Assembly (NCBI GenBank): GCA_012295275.1
Contig: CM022669.1
Span: 8,556,001-8,620,000, forward strand
Reading direction: 5' to 3'
Length of the DNA stretch: 64,000 nt
Origin: Chrysomallon squamiferum
Lineage: Eukaryota > Animalia > Mollusca
Part shown: positions 35,001 to 53,319 of the stretch, piece after piece
How positions within the stretch are numbered: position 1 is the first letter of the stretch
Layout: the number at the start of each line of letters is the position of its first letter
Program-made: the position numbers and the translations under genes
Notes under the pieces: model-generated
The model's input: the letters and a program-made list of their open reading frames with translations, nothing else
What the model was told of the DNA's origin: nothing
Database searches by the model: none

Positions 35001-38000
35001 TTTCTTACTTTTTTCTTCGTTCTTTCTTTCATTTCAGCAAAAGTAGAATGGTGTTGTTGAAATGTGTTAAGTGGTTTCAAAGAATTATATATACACCTTT
35101 GTAAAAGTAAACTGAATGTTTTAAAACTATTTCATGTGCTTCTTCCACATACATTTTGCAACTGTCAATGACGCCACTACGTGAGTAAAATATTATTTTT
35201 ATTCATATTTCACAGAATGACAGAGGTGCAGTTATTTTTTTTTTTTTTTTTTTTTTTTTTAATAATACAAGGACAGAAATATATTTGTTGATTTATTAAA
35301 GTTGATTATTCAGTTCATTGCGATGCCTATAGTGAGTTATTGTAAACGTTTTGTTATTTAACGTAGACATTTATTTTATAATCAAATAATAAATGAGATA
35401 TTTCAGCAAAACGTGGGAAGTAAAGTTCAGTAGGAATATAGTGCAATAGAAAGATGCCAAGAAGTGGCATCACCAGAAAGATCCATAAGAGAAATCCCAT
35501 TTCAGTATGTTCTGGATCAGTGATAATTCTATTTGACTAATAAATGTGTTACATTCTGTATCGCTGTGTTTAAAACTTTAAACCATGCTGAACTACAGAG
35601 TCTGTGTAAAACATCCAGGAGAGTTTTATTTTTGTGTGTATGTATTTTCTGTTTTTATTTATCTCCAAAACTGTGTTCCGTTGAAAGTTACGCTGTACTA
35701 CAATCCAATTTCCTATAATAATAATAAATAATAGTCCGTCCTAAACACGAGACTCATCCGCTCAGATTAACACATTTATACATCACACATCTGTCTGTTA
35801 CGGGGATCACTAACATTTTCACCTGATTAGATAAAATATCTGCACTGTTCGTGCGCACACTGAAGAATATCGTTCACCTGACTTCGTTTATTATCTAACA
35901 GAAATAATCCAGTAATTCCTACAGATTTACGAATGATTTCTAGACAAATATTTTTTTTATACATGTAATTTATAACCAATATTTTATTTAACACAAATTC
36001 AATAAAATCATAAACAGTCTGAAACTCGAAAACGCGAGGACACGTTCATGTTTTAAATAAAAATTTCATAACAATCAGTCACATTAATTTTATTTTCTCC
36101 CTCAGTATTGGTGTGAAGACAAAGTAATAATCTAGTAAGTCCTACTAACAATAATTTAACACATTTAAGAAAGATTTTTCAAAAAATATATTTAAACATT
36201 AATGGATGTCACTTACAGGATGATTAAATATAAGTATACTGTCTTTTTGTGAATCAGAAATGTGTCTATCATCTATTTGTGTGAACGCATGTCTGTATGG
36301 ATGTATGCATTTGTATCAATGTATTTATATGTGTATGTTTGTAATTATATATGTATGTATATATATGTGTGTGTATGTGTGTGTTTGTGTATGCATATCT
36401 GTAAAGATGTGTGTATGATAGACACTTCTGTAAAAGTAAATTGAATGTTTTAAAACTAATTTATTTTCTTCTATACTTACCAATCTTCCATCACTCAGTA
36501 ATAATAATCGATGAGTTTTGCTACTAGTTACCTAAAATATTACTTTTATTTTATTTATTTTTAAAGGAAGTCATAGATTCATTAAACTAATCCAAGGACA
36601 GAAGTAAACTCAGAACAAACTGCAGTAGGATCTGATGGCTGTTTCAGCTAATACATTTTGTTGTTGTTCTTATATTTCTACTTAAAAACACTTCCCATTT
36701 TTTTGTTGAAACATGTCAGTTATTCTTTGATTATAAAATAAATTTATTCGGGCACTAAACATTTTTGTTATAAAATAACTCACTGCAGTGAATTGAAACT
36801 TAAACTTTTGTAAATGAAAAATATACGACAGATTGATGCAGAAACTCGTTCTAGAAATATTACGTTCTGTTCTTGGATTATTTTAAAGAATGTGTGAAAA
36901 CAAATTGGTAAATAAATACATTTCGTTACGTCAAATATAAATGAAGCTAATATTTTATGTAACTAGTAGGAAAACTCATAAATTATTATTACTGAATAAC
37001 GCAGAGTTGATTAATGTAGAAGAAGTACATTAAACAGTTTTAGAACTTTCAATTTACATTGATCTGCATTCAGAATTAGTTTTACAACATTCAGTTAATC
37101 TTAAATCATATCAGGAGTGTGCAATATATATAATTATTGTTGTCTTTTGGATATTTTCTATACACTGCTAACAACATATTTATTAAAGGTCCTGGTACGT
37201 GGTTACCTGCCTGTTGCATTATTAAATATTGTAATGCTATGGAATTTTGATTTGTCATAAAAATGGTCATTTATTCGTATGGTAATACATTCTTGAAATG
37301 AAATAAGACGTAAATTTAAAAAAAAACTATCAAATTTTACTCTAAAATATTATTCTGTACCTAGATCATGAAAAAACAAAATGAATAAAAAATGAAATAA
37401 TGAAATAACAATAACAATACTAATAATAATAAAGCTACTAAGGTTTTGAAGAATGTCTTTAGATCGTATGATCATATTGATAGACAAACCTTGGGCCGTT
37501 CTCAAATGCATTCTTACAAACATAACGTAGACACACACTCACTCATCCCAAGATGCATGCGATCTGTGTAGATTTGTTTGTTTGTTTGTCTGTTTGCCCT
37601 TGTGAGAATGGAACACAGCGTCACACAGAATAATAACCCTGTGTACATAGTTAACAGCTACTGTTTAATATATTAAAGTGCACGACTGATTTAAATGATA
37701 TTTAAATTTATGAAGTACAGAATATTGCTCTAAAGGTTAATTGTAGTCAGTGCTACAGTTTAGTGCTACTTATTCTTAGAAGTCTGTAATAATCTTTAAT
37801 AAACGCATAATATTTATTTGTCACTGTCAGTATGTTTCCTCTAATACTGTTTTTCTTTTTGCATTTGTGCCTGTGTTTAAACTTGTATGTATGCAGAGAA
37901 AGATAAACAGACTTGGATATAGTATGGTATTTTCATTTGTAATATATTAAAATGTAAGAAATGTATGTAGTTGGTCTAGCCTCATCTTCTTTGTCTAGCC

Positions 38001-39795
38001 AGTTTGTACAGCTGATGCTAATTGAGGATGATCTTCTGTCTGTTGTCTAACACACCGAACGCAGCCCCGTATACTCAGATACATACAAAAAGTAATAATA
38101 CTAATTATAATAAGAAGAAGAAGAACAAGAAGCAGAAGAAGAACAAGACGGACAAGGAGGAGAAGAACAACAACAACAACAACAATAACGACTAGTTATG
38201 GCAATGATCGTATTGTTCATTATTCTCTGTTAGATGTTATTTTCTGATTCTGGTTAATCATCATTATCATTATCAGAAACGTTTGACATCAGAGAACTGT
38301 ACTGAGTCAATGAACTAAACGCAGAAACACACAGAAGTGATGCAGAGATCAGGATCAACACAGAAATTTAAAATAAATCCTCAGACTCATTTAACTGCAG
38401 CGCTTGAGAAAAAAGTACAGATCATAAAGTGAAATATAACGAATAATGTTAACACATTCCTGTCCTACTATAAAAAATATTCAACAAATGTACAGGATGC
38501 TTCGTACAATTCATCTAGCTTTGCACGAAGTAGAGTTTTAAACGATGTAAAATTTCGAATAATTTGTTAGAGGCTTCTTATTTTAAAGGAAAACGAAAAC
38601 AAAGCAAAGTACTTGATTAATATCATCACCTTCAGTACACAGTGTATATTTTCACATACAGGTCAAGTATCTTTGTATGATTTAGAATGTTAACCATAGT
38701 AACCTGAACAAAATGTAACAAAGTTACCTCACACTTCTTGTTATATTTTATTTCTCCCTGAAGCTTGAATCTTTCAGAATTAGTGTGGAATAATATGTGC
38801 TGTTTTGCAGAAATTAGTCTAAATATGTTTGAAAAATTCCGTGATACGTGAGTAAAACTGTGAAAATAAATATTTAAAAATGTTACAAAAACATGTAAGA
38901 TGAGTATGAGTAAAGAAACATATTTCTTTGTGTATGCAAAGTGGAATTTTTAGGTCGTGAATGACTGTATTAATTCAACAATTTTATTTAGTTCGTTTGT
39001 ATTCTAATTTAAATAAAACTATTTCTGGTTTATTCATTCCTTTATTCAATTTGCGTTACTCTAATAACAATCAATATTAATGTATTTTAGTCATTCTCAC
39101 TGTCAAATATCAATAAAAAGGATAGGAATTAAGTAGTAATAGTAAAACGCATAAATTATGATTAACAACAGATGAAGAATTAAAACTTCATAAATATGGA
39201 AGTAACAGATAAAAGTATTTTAAAACGTGAAATTTACATTTATGTTCATTTAAAATGTCACTCCGATAAGTTGAACTAGCTATCGCTTTGATCTAATATT
39301 CAGTGTAAAGCAGTACTGTATTTATGGATATAAAGTCAAGATAGTTATGGTGGGTTCGTGTCTATATTTTATTTACTTAAATAACATATATCTTTGTTGA
39401 TTATAAGCAAAATAAATTAGATATGTGTTTTACGAAAACCCAACTCAATTTCTTCAATACAAAGGTACTTCTCTATAATTCGCTGGAACTACATAACACA
39501 TTTCGATAACACTTTTGTGTTTTAGCTGAAAAAAAAAATTAAAAAAAAAAAAGTTTTTAAAAAGCAGAGAAATGAAGAAAAAAAAAGAGAAATTCGCATA
39601 TGGTGCATATCTGACAGGGTTGAAAGATAATAAAACTAAATTATTTGAAAAAGGTTTGTAACACTATAAAATGTTTTATCAACAGATGTAACCTTCATAA
39701 AACGGGTGTTGTTCATTTGATACATTATTCATATACAGGATAAAACAAATAAATTAATTTTAATATTGAATTTAAATGTATATATATATATACGA

Positions 39796-39806
39796 TATAT
39801 ATAAAA
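39796..39806 (+). promoter_or_regulatory. TATA box of G5
   Basis: TATATATAAAA ~50 nt upstream of the ATG; G1 has CATAAAAG at the homologous position (~3660). Confidence 0.5.
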
Positions 39807-39853
39807 AAGCAATTCTCTAGTTAAGAAATGTATTTCGGAGAAAGTAGCAAATA

Positions 39854-42407
<2,554 letters not shown>

Positions 42408-43076
42408 ATTGGCTAAAATCCGATTTTCTTCTTAGATTTTGTCTTTACGCCGATACTGTGAATGAAAATAAAAAAATAAAGTCTGCAGACTGAAATCTGT
42501 TGATAACTTTTTAATCCTCTAAGTGTCATCCGTTAATATATAAAATATTTTTTGAAACATCGTTCTTAAATCTGTTAAATTATGGTTAGTACCAGTTCCT
42601 CGATTATTGTTTAGTCTTAACACTGATACTGAGAGAGAAAATAATACTAATATGACAGATCTTTATGAAATATTTATTTAAAACATGAACGTGTCCTGGA
42701 ACATTCGTGTTTCAGTATACTTATCATTTTTTAATTTGTGATAAATAATTTGTGATAAATATATATAAATATTTGGTCACAGATTGTTCGTAAAAAATTT
42801 TAAATTATGGTTAACAGAAATTAGTAGATTACTTTTTATAGATAATAAATGAATTTAGTGGCAGAATATTCTTCAATGTGCTCATGAACAGTGCATGTCT
42901 GACGTTTAAGTTTGTGAAAATGTTACAGGCACGTGTGAGTAACATATCTGGCATACATGAAACTCTCTATGTGTCTATAAATATGCATGTGGGCTAAACG
43001 ATTGTGACAATTTTGACTGATAAAAGTGGTGCGACTATTTTGGTACATGAAGGTTATAAATATGGTTTTAAAACAA

Positions 43077-43109
<33 letters not shown>

Positions 43110-44235
43110 GATCACCGATACCCTCATACTCACACTCAGAAGCACACATACATCTTATTACATATGTTCTTTTTTTTCCAAGATGATTAAATATAATTAT
43201 TATTCTTGAAACAAACCGTGTTTTATTTATAAAATAATTGAATGCATGCACTGCAACGAAATGAAAATATCCTTCTGGTTTATACATTTCTGTCAAGTTC
43301 ATAGATGTGCACATGTCATTCTGACTGTGAAACATGATTACCTCTAATACTCTGAGAACATTCCGTCAAAATTTAGAGAGCATCATTAGTGACAGTAGTA
43401 AGTAACATTCATAAATACGGAAACAACAGACAAAATTGTTTTGAAACATTTCTTTAATATACATGTTAGAGTATAGTTGTCATAAACTAAAATACATTAA
43501 GAAAACTGGTTTTTCTTTTAACGGGCATCCAGCTGTCATGAAAACCTGTAGTCTGGGATTACAGAATCGTAGAACCTAATGACATCAGTTAAAACGGACG
43601 TTCAAAATAGAAAACTGTGGTAATCACTGTGGATCTCAAAGTTCTAAAAATGACAATTCAACAGCCGTTTCTATCAGATCGTGGGATTCGATGTCCCTGA
43701 CTAGACTTGTATTGTCGTACATAAACAGATACAAACACAGACAGACAGATAGACAGGGAGGCAGACATATACACACACATACCTGAAAACGAACTAACTG
43801 AAGAGTATGCTATATATATACACGAGAGGATGAAATGTGAAACGACCGACAGTTGACCAATGAATTCATCAGTACGATTCATTACACATGCTTACAGGTT
43901 CTACTGCATATTTCGTTCCTAATGTCACTGGCAGGAAACATATTTGTCATTATTTATAACACATCTTGCATATTTATAACACATCAGGAAACCACAGACC
44001 ATTTGTTACATAGTGTACAGGAAATATCCAAACTTGTCGTGAATGCACTCGACATTTTTATTGTCCTATTTTATGCATACCGCAGACTAATAATTATTAA
44101 GTTTGTTCAAGGTTGATACAGAATTAACACGATCATAACATATGAACAGATAAAAATACAGGCGATGTTTTTATGTTTGTGGGTGGGTCAGACTGTTGTG
44201 TTTGCTGCGTTCATACTTAGGCGTGTGGGTGCATT

Positions 44236-44324
<89 letters not shown>

Positions 44325-44619
44325 CTCTCTCTCTCATCTCATGTCCGTATGAGAGTGAGATGACTTTATCCGTGTCAACGTTGCTTGTATTTGCATAGTT
44401 TATTCTTATTAAACATTCTGCAGAGGAACAAACAGTTCCCCGTTATTGTCGTGACATCCGATTTTGACTGCTGATAACAACGGTATGCCAACTTGAAGAT
44501 TCAATTACTATCGACATGTATTTAAAACATAATATACTTACAAATGTGCAGAAATAACGAAAAAAAAAAAATATATATATATATATAAATAAAAAATAAT
44601 AATTATAAAAAAAATAATC

Positions 44620-44654
<35 letters not shown>

Positions 44655-45292
44655 TATTATTATTATTATTATTATAAAATCAAAAATAGTAACATAAAAA
44701 TAAAAATAACAAATAAAAAATGTGATCAATCATGTTTATTTTATTTCTTATATGTACAATATATATGTACGTACAGAAACCACCGATACGCATATACTCA
44801 CACTCAGAAGCACACATACACATACGTCTATACGTTCTTCTTTTTTTCGAATCACACAATTATTAAAAGTTTCTTTTTTCTTATAATGTCGTTGAACTTT
44901 TCTTTTCCGCTGTTTTCATTTCGAAATTTTTCTCACACAAGGTTTAGACTTTACTGAATAACCTATACAATAATTTTATCATACATTTTTATAAATGAAG
45001 GACAGATCTGCCCTTCATTTAAATATACTGAATATTATATATTAATTCTACACATGGAACTGTCATTCTGATTGATGGCTCATCATCTGTATGATAGCTT
45101 TGAATTGTCATAACCAGTTCCTGATTTTGAGTATGTGTATTCGTGTCAGAATTAGATGACGAAACATCAATCAGAATGACAGTTCCATGTGTAGAATTAA
45201 TGCATAATATTCAGTGTATTTAAATGAAGGACAGATCTGAATGATATTTAAATATGTAAAGTGAAGAGTGTTTTTTACGTAGAGAACAGGAC

Positions 45293-45335
45293 ATGGATAT
45301 TATTATTTTCTTTTTCGCTATTTTGCTGTTATTTG
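45293..45335 (+). pseudogene. Type-C exon-1 relic with mutated donor
   Basis: MDIIIFFFAILLLF then G|ATAATT (GT lost); same upstream fold-back context as 7512. Confidence 0.65.
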
Positions 45336-45403
45336 ATAATTCGATTAATACTGTACATTTTGTATCTGTTTTAGTTATTCTCTAATTTCCGTATTGTTTT
45401 TCT

Positions 45404-45460
<57 letters not shown>

Positions 45461-45494
45461 TGAATGAGATAAATAAATAAATAAATAAATAAAT

Positions 45495-45550
<56 letters not shown>

Positions 45551-45954
45551 AAAATAAAATATAAAAATATAAAAATAAAAATAACAAATAAAAATTGTGA
45601 TCATTCATGTTTCGTTTATTTCTTATATTGTACGACATATTGTGCGCATATGGATTATTTTAGAATTTTAACAATATCTGGAGCCCATCAAAGCGAATGA
45701 TTAACATGAAAGTCACTATTAATGTTAGTTTATCGACACAGAAGTACAGGCAGAATCTCTTATATAGGGACAATAGAATCATTTAATTTTGTAAATCATT
45801 AACACCTAAACGTAAAAATCCTTTTCACCAACATGGAGATCACAGGACAGAAAATGTGGAATGTGTTGCAAGACTATCAGTGGGATTTGGTAAGATACTT
45901 GTTTTAATGCGCTAATTATAGAATGTAATCTGTATCATTAACGTTTTATTTGTT

Positions 45955-46008
<54 letters not shown>

Positions 46009-47039
46009 AGCCACACAAACACACACATATATCGTAACATAAATTTTATATGAACAAAATTATCTTGATTACTCCCTGACCAATTCCCTGACCTATACAA
46101 ATCTTTCACATGACCGAATCCGACTTTTTAATACTCTTCCCAAGATGCATAACTAATTTAGTTTGACTTACTCTCTTTTGTATAATTAAAAATGTGATTT
46201 CTTAAATAATTAATAAACAAGTCAGGCCATACTCGTTGTTGATGTGCTATTTATTTAGTGGATGAGGATAGTGTTATGCAATCATTGTGATAAATTACTG
46301 TATAAAAACGAATTTACTATTGTCTGTCATAGACAGACTAAACACATGCATTCTCTGGATGGTGATAACCAGCGTTTTAAGCACTGGCACCGTCAAAGAC
46401 ACTGAATGCTAATATATCTGAAAAATCTAATTTATAATAAGTATGTATATGTATGTTGCTAAATTTCGGTGGATGATATTCCATTCTGTCACTAAATTCT
46501 ATTAAAAATAAAATGAAATGAAATAATAATAATCAAATTACTAATAATAAGAAGAGAAGAAGAAGAAGATGAAGAAAGTTTAAAAATAAACTCGACCACA
46601 ACTGTTAGAAACCAGGACAACAAAACTCTATTCCTGGATAACATGCAGCATGCCAATCAAGATGAAACAAAAGAAAACAAAAACAAAACCATCCAAAATA
46701 TCGCCAGTTCCACCTCTATAAACTGTCTATACCGGCACACACATACACACACACATGTACATAACACACACACACGTACACAGAAAGTTATACATACATC
46801 TTGTGTGTGTAGCTAGCTCTAAAAACACAAGTGAAACATTGAAGAGTGTCATTTACAACAAGTATAATTTGTCGGATTTACTAACGATCTTTCAACAAAT
46901 ATTTCTAATAAGAAAAATGTCATACGTAACGACTAAAAAGTCATAAATAGATTTCAGAACGCAGACGTCACGATTATTTTATCTTTGAAAAAAATATTTC
47001 ATAATGAGACAAGTTTTGAACAATCAGATTAAAGCCAAT

Positions 47040-47096
47040 TGACATTAGGTCGATGTTTCCAGGAAACAGCAAAGTTCCTAAATATCTCATTCCCCT
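47040..47096 (-). pseudogene. 3' fragment of exon 6
   Basis: Minus strand GMRYLGTLLFPGNIDLM followed by the family 3' UTR start (aattggct). Confidence 0.7.
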
Positions 47097-48603
47097 TAAC
47101 TTATTTATTTACTATAAAAAAATAATCAAGTATTTCGTACTAACCATAATTCAAAACATTTACGATCTTTGAACAAACATTTTCAAAACATATCAGTGTA
47201 ATTTATAACCAATATGTTATTTATCACAGATTAAAAAAAATAATAAAGAGAATGAAACAGGAAGACAAACAGACTGAAACAGGAATACGGCAGGACACGC
47301 TGGTGTTTTAAATAAATATTTCATAACCATGTGTCGTATTCATATTATTTTCTCTCTCAGTATCGGTGTGAAAACAAAAGCAATAATCGAGTAATTTGTA
47401 CATTTTCAGATTTTGTTACACTGACAACATGAATAATTAATACATTCTTATTTAAACCTTTTTTTCTAATAAATAATATTTATATATTATATTGCAAAAA
47501 CCCAAAAGTTTATTTCATTATTATCTGAAAGCTAAAATGTTGTAAATCATAACATGTGAAAGAATAACCTGCTTATTTCGTTACATCTTGACACATCATT
47601 TCAGTAGCAGATGTTTTAGTGTTCAGTTTTATTAGTGTTTAACGAAATTGTTTAAATTTCTAATGTGACAAAACAGAGGCTGACAGTTGATTGTCCACTG
47701 TGTCTGTGGTTGTCGAATAACACGAATCAGTTAGTTTAATGTGTGTATGTATGTGTGTATGTGTGTATGTGTGTATGTGTGTATGTGTGTCTTTCTGCAG
47801 AGATACCCCACAATGTCTTGTATATAGAATAAAACCGTCTATCACCTACTTGAGACATTCGACAGGAAATATCCAGATATTGTACTACTGAACTCAGCAA
47901 CGGACTGAACTGCCGAATGTAAGTACAATCGGAATAATCAATGTCATATTCCCAATATCTGCCTCAAGTGTTTTCATCCTCTCTTATTAACAAACATTTC
48001 AGGGATAAAGTAGAACACTCCACTTTAGCTCGTATCACTGGAAGGAGAAAAATTGCTTTATCTAAAAAAAAAAAAAAAAAAAAAAAAAAATTATATTATA
48101 AAAACAGTCATAAGGACAGTCGTAACTGTTTTCATAGATATAAATGTTGCAATTAGTAGAGATAATGCACAGGAAACAATAGAGCCTTGTCTACGGTTGC
48201 GTAGAATGTGGCTTTAGATCATCTAAGAATGTAACTAGAGTTACTTTATATAACATATCTACATGTAAATATACACACTTAAATACCTCAGAAGGACTGG
48301 CAGTGTATGCATCGGTGTTTATGTGTCTTTGTGTATGTGTCTGTGTGTTTGTGTCTGTGTGTATGTATCTGTGTGTATGTGTCTGTGTGTTTCTCTGTGT
48401 ATAAGTATGTGTGTGTATGTGTATGACGAGATGGTTATGACAGTTGAAAGCTATTATCTTAGAATCAGATGATGAGATATCAGTCAGAATGACAGTTCCA
48501 TGTATAGAATTAATGTATAATATTCAGTGTATTTAAATGAAGGACAGATCTGAATGATATTTAACATGCGATGCAAGGAGTGATTTTCAGAAGGAAAAAA
48601 GAC

Positions 48604-49929
48604 ATGGGCATTATAATTTTCTTTTTCGCTGTTTTGCTGTCACCAGGTATTTCGATTAATACTTTACTAACATTGTTTTTTAACCGTTGAAGAAATTTAC
48701 GTAAAAATTCATTTTCAGCAAATCAAGCAGATGGCAATTGAGAAGAGCCTGTCGTGGTGTGTGGTAGTAAATTCATAATTCACTACAATTTACTCGTTTC
48801 CTCTTTGACTACGAGTCTCCAGTGCTCATAGATACAACACGTGATATTTTATCTTTCTTTTCTATTTTTTCTCTCTCCAGCTTCAGTCTCTTTGAATTAT
48901 TATCATTATCTAACTCTTCCCCGTTTTCATTTCGTGAATTCGTCTTTTTTCAAAGTACAGTGCTTTGTTTTCGTTGATAATGTACTTTTTTAACATGAAT
49001 GGCTTTTGATAACGAAATACGCAATATGGTAATTTCTTTGATAATGTAAAATACAATTTTATTTTCTTTGCTAATATAATCTACTTCGTTTGATAATGAA
49101 ATACAAAATATGGAATTTTATTTAACAATGAAATTTATAATATGGTATTATCCTTGACGGTGTAAAGTACAATGTAATATTATAGGCAATATGATATTTT
49201 AGTTATAAGTTTGATTTTATTTCTCTTTTGTTTTTCTCTTTCTTATAGCAGAATCGGTCGATGTATGTATACTTTCATTTATTTTATTTGCCATAGTTTA
49301 TAATCTTTTCATCCAACTTCGTCAGCTAAATAAAATCTGTAAATTATGTACAGACAAGATTTATAAATACTGTAACATCTCTCTTGCTCTGTTTGTGTGT
49401 GTGTGTGTACGAGTGTGAATGTCTCTGATAGTGCTGATTTTATACACAAACACATACATACATTCATACATACATATGTACATATACACATGTATACATA
49501 TATATGTACATAAAACACATTTACATATGTCATTTTGAAAATATTTTATTTATTGCGATCGTCAACATTTGGAATTCATTACATAAAAAATTATTATCAG
49601 AACAGTTACTACGAATGTCCGCTTTTCGAGAATATTTTATATAATTAAATAAAAACAGAATATGTTATAGGAAACATTTAGTTAATTTATTAGGCGGAAT
49701 ACGAATATGAGGGTTCCACCATGTTTGCTCAATTTCCCGGACATACACCCAGCAGTGAATGCGGTAGTTCTGAGTTATCGGGACCAGATCTATCCTGTGA
49801 AAACTGCTGTTTCTATGGTGATAGTCAGCTACAGCTTGAAGATGGGTCAGCAATAAAAATGAGGCATCTTAAAGCAGGAAATAAAGTTCTAACAGGTACT
49901 TACCTAAATGAGTGATTTCTGATGACAAA

Positions 49930-49971
<42 letters not shown>

Positions 49972-50005
49972 TATTATAATTATAATTATAATTATTAAAA
50001 TTATG

Positions 50006-50065
<60 letters not shown>

Positions 50066-51912
50066 TTAAATTTTGCTTACTGTATCTTTTCCTTAGAACT
50101 AATTACCTATAATAAAAATAATGCCTATATTGAAGCCCAAGAAATTTTGTCTTCCGAAAATGTAAATCAGTGTACAGTCCCAAATTGTACAAAATTTGAA
50201 TCAAGTTTTTTTATATACTAGTAGGAATACAAGTATTTTTCACGCTGGATTTGTTTTAATCTTAATTTCTAGGAAAACAATAGCACTTCTGTTAATATAA
50301 ACGTCAGTGAAAACAGTAGTAAACATTTAGAAATTAATCGTTTGAAAATTATTAAGTTCTCGACGTTTGCTAAGACGAAAATTACAAAGACTCAAAAAAT
50401 TGTGTTTCTTAGTTGAAAATGGTAAGAGGATATTTTCAGAAGTAAAAACTTTTATAAAACGAAAGCCGAACACGAATTCCACCTTTCGAACGTTGACAAC
50501 AGAAAACGGAAATCACATCACCATGACAGACAATCATCTGATATTTGTGTCTAAGAACAACAGATCCACTGAAATGCAAGTTAGGTTTGTATCTTTTCTT
50601 TGACGAAGTTAAGGCTTGTTATATTCTAGAAATAATCACAGATTGCTTCCTTAGCTCGGCTGTGATGAACTTGTAATGTGGTTCGGCTGCAGTATGTTTT
50701 TGGTGGAATGAATGATCAGTTATTAAAGTGCCATTTTAACTTACACCCGTCAACAAACCAAAACATCTGATCTCGCAAGATTTCCAACACAAATATAATA
50801 TGTTGTCTATACGACTGCTATCACTGATATGGCGTATGAATTTCAGAATCTCGACTCGCTTGATTGAGAATGTGAATCTAAATGATTATTTCTTTACGTT
50901 GTACCGTGTTGATTTTACAAGTGTCATATATTCCACACGTCAAATACACCTTCTCCCTTCCTCGACAGTTATAAGCAGTTATAGGTTAAATCAGTCAATA
51001 CTTAAAATAATTAATTTAAAATAAACATAAAGTAAAATATTTGTCATTCCTGTGAATACTGGTTGGTTAAATTATCATGTTGAAATCTTTCAGGTTTTCG
51101 ATGTTCGTGAAAAGAGGTGACTACGTTTTCTCTTCCTGGTCGTGTTCAAGTGGTCTTTGTCCAGAGCGAGTCGTGGAAATATCTTTGTCCGAGAAAGAAG
51201 GTGCGGTTACCGTTACTATCATCACCACACTAAAATCACTATTACAACTAATAACAGAAACACATTAGTTGCTAGGAGTACTGCTACTACTAGTTATACT
51301 ACTACTACTAGTACTACTACTACTACCGCTACTGCTACAACTTTTCCTACTCGTATTACAACTTCTTATATTACTAACACCGTTATCACCAAAACAAACA
51401 ATTGTTATTGTTCAGCTACTGCCACAACCACAGCATCTTCAATTACTACTGAAGCTAAGCATCTATTGCTTGTACCTCACTATTTTTATATATTGTTATT
51501 TCTGTTTGTATGCAGCTTTCTATGTATATATATATTATATACATAAGTGTTTAACCTTCCGCATTGTGGGTGTTTTACATCAATACCCATTTCTTGTACG
51601 AAGTTATTTCTCGTATGTACTCATGTATCGTATGTCAGGTATTTCTCAGCTACTTGTAGATATTAATACCAATAATATTTCGTGACAGGTTTGTACGTAC
51701 CACTCACAGACACTGGAACTATTATTACGGATGGAATTTTTGCTTCATGTTATGGTTTAGTCGATCACGACTTTGAACACTTCATCCTCACTCCATTCCG
51801 CTGGTTTCCGTGGCTACTGAAACCTTGGCAAGAAGACGGATCTAGTCCAGTAATAGAAGGAATGAGATATCTGGGTACGTTGCTGATTCCTGGAAACACT
51901 GACTCAATCTGA
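48604..51912 (+). CDS. G6: secreted acidic, Cys-depleted peptide-Hint/Hog precursor (subfamily B), 253 aa, intact
   Basis: Exons 48604-48646, 49249-49262, 49694-49895, 50413-50584, 51094-51200, 51689-51912 (762 nt). MGIIIFFFAVLLSPAESVD-AEYEYEGSTMFAQFPGHTPSSECGSSELSGPDLSCENC|CFYGDSQLQ; TMTDNHL, ASCY. Confidence 0.86.
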
Positions 51913-53319
51913 ATTGGCTAAAATCCGATTTTTTTCTTAGATTTAGTCTTTACACCGATATTATGAGATAAAATTAAAAAAAGTCTGCAGACTGAAATCT
52001 GTTGTTAACTTTTTAATTCACAAAAACATAGCGAACTGGTTATAAAATTGTTTAATTATCCTGTAAGTGCCATCCGTTAATGTATAAAATATTTTTTGAA
52101 ACATCGTTCTTAAATCTGTTAAATTATGGTTAGTATGAGTAACTCGATTATTATTTAGTCTTAAAACTGATACTGATCGAGAGACAATAAAAATACACCT
52201 TTGTGTTTCAGTATACTTATCATTTTTTAATATGACAGATGTTTTAAACAATTATGACAGAATTTTGTTATTGTTAATAAACAAAAAGTGGCTGAATGTT
52301 GTTCAGTGTGCTCATGAACAGTGCATGTCTGACGTTTAAGTTTGTGAAAATGTTACAGCTACGTGTGTGCGACTATTTTCGTACATGAAGGTTATAAACA
52401 TGGTTTTGGAATAAACACACGCACACACTCACACACACACACAGAGATCACCGATACGCACATACTCACATGCAGAAGCACTCATACATATACGTATATA
52501 TGTTATTGTTTTTTTCGAATCACACAATTATTAAAAGTTTCTTTTTTGTTATAATGTAGTGGAACTTTTCTGTTTGTTTGTTTTCATTTCGAAATTTTTC
52601 TCACACAAGGGTTAGACTTTACTGAATAAGCTGTACAATAATTTTATCATACAATTTTAAAAATGAAGGACAGATCTGCCTTCATTTAAATATACTGAAT
52701 ATATATTAATTCTACACATGGAACTGTCATTCTGATTGATGTCTCATCATCTGTATGATAGTTTTGAATTGTCATAACCAGTTCGTGATTTTGAGTATGC
52801 GTATTCGTGTCAGAATCAGATGACGAAACATCAATCAGAATGACAGTTCATTGTGTAGAATTAATATATAATATTCAGTATATTTAAATGAAGGATTTCA
52901 ACTGAACTCATATAAATCTATCAGTGCACTAAATATATTCTCGGTTAAGTTTGGAAATGATATCTTTTAGAAGTTAAGACGAATCTGATAATCAGATACA
53001 GTCTTTTACTAAAGAAAAATGTTTGACTGAAGTAAATTGTATTTAATGTGAGAAGGAAATCATGAACACGGTCATTTTTCAGTAATGCATGGACAGTGAT
53101 TAACACACACGTGGACACTAAGTCATGACATATTTCATTGTACCTAACTGTTATCATATACTCGCACGCAAACATAAAAACATTTAGAAATACATATACA
53201 CAAAACACACCAGCACACGCGTAAACAAATACATAGAAACATACACTCACTAAAATTCATAATTTTATATTTTCCGGAGAAGTAAAAAGAACGACAATAA
53301 ATAAAAATAATTTTCACAG

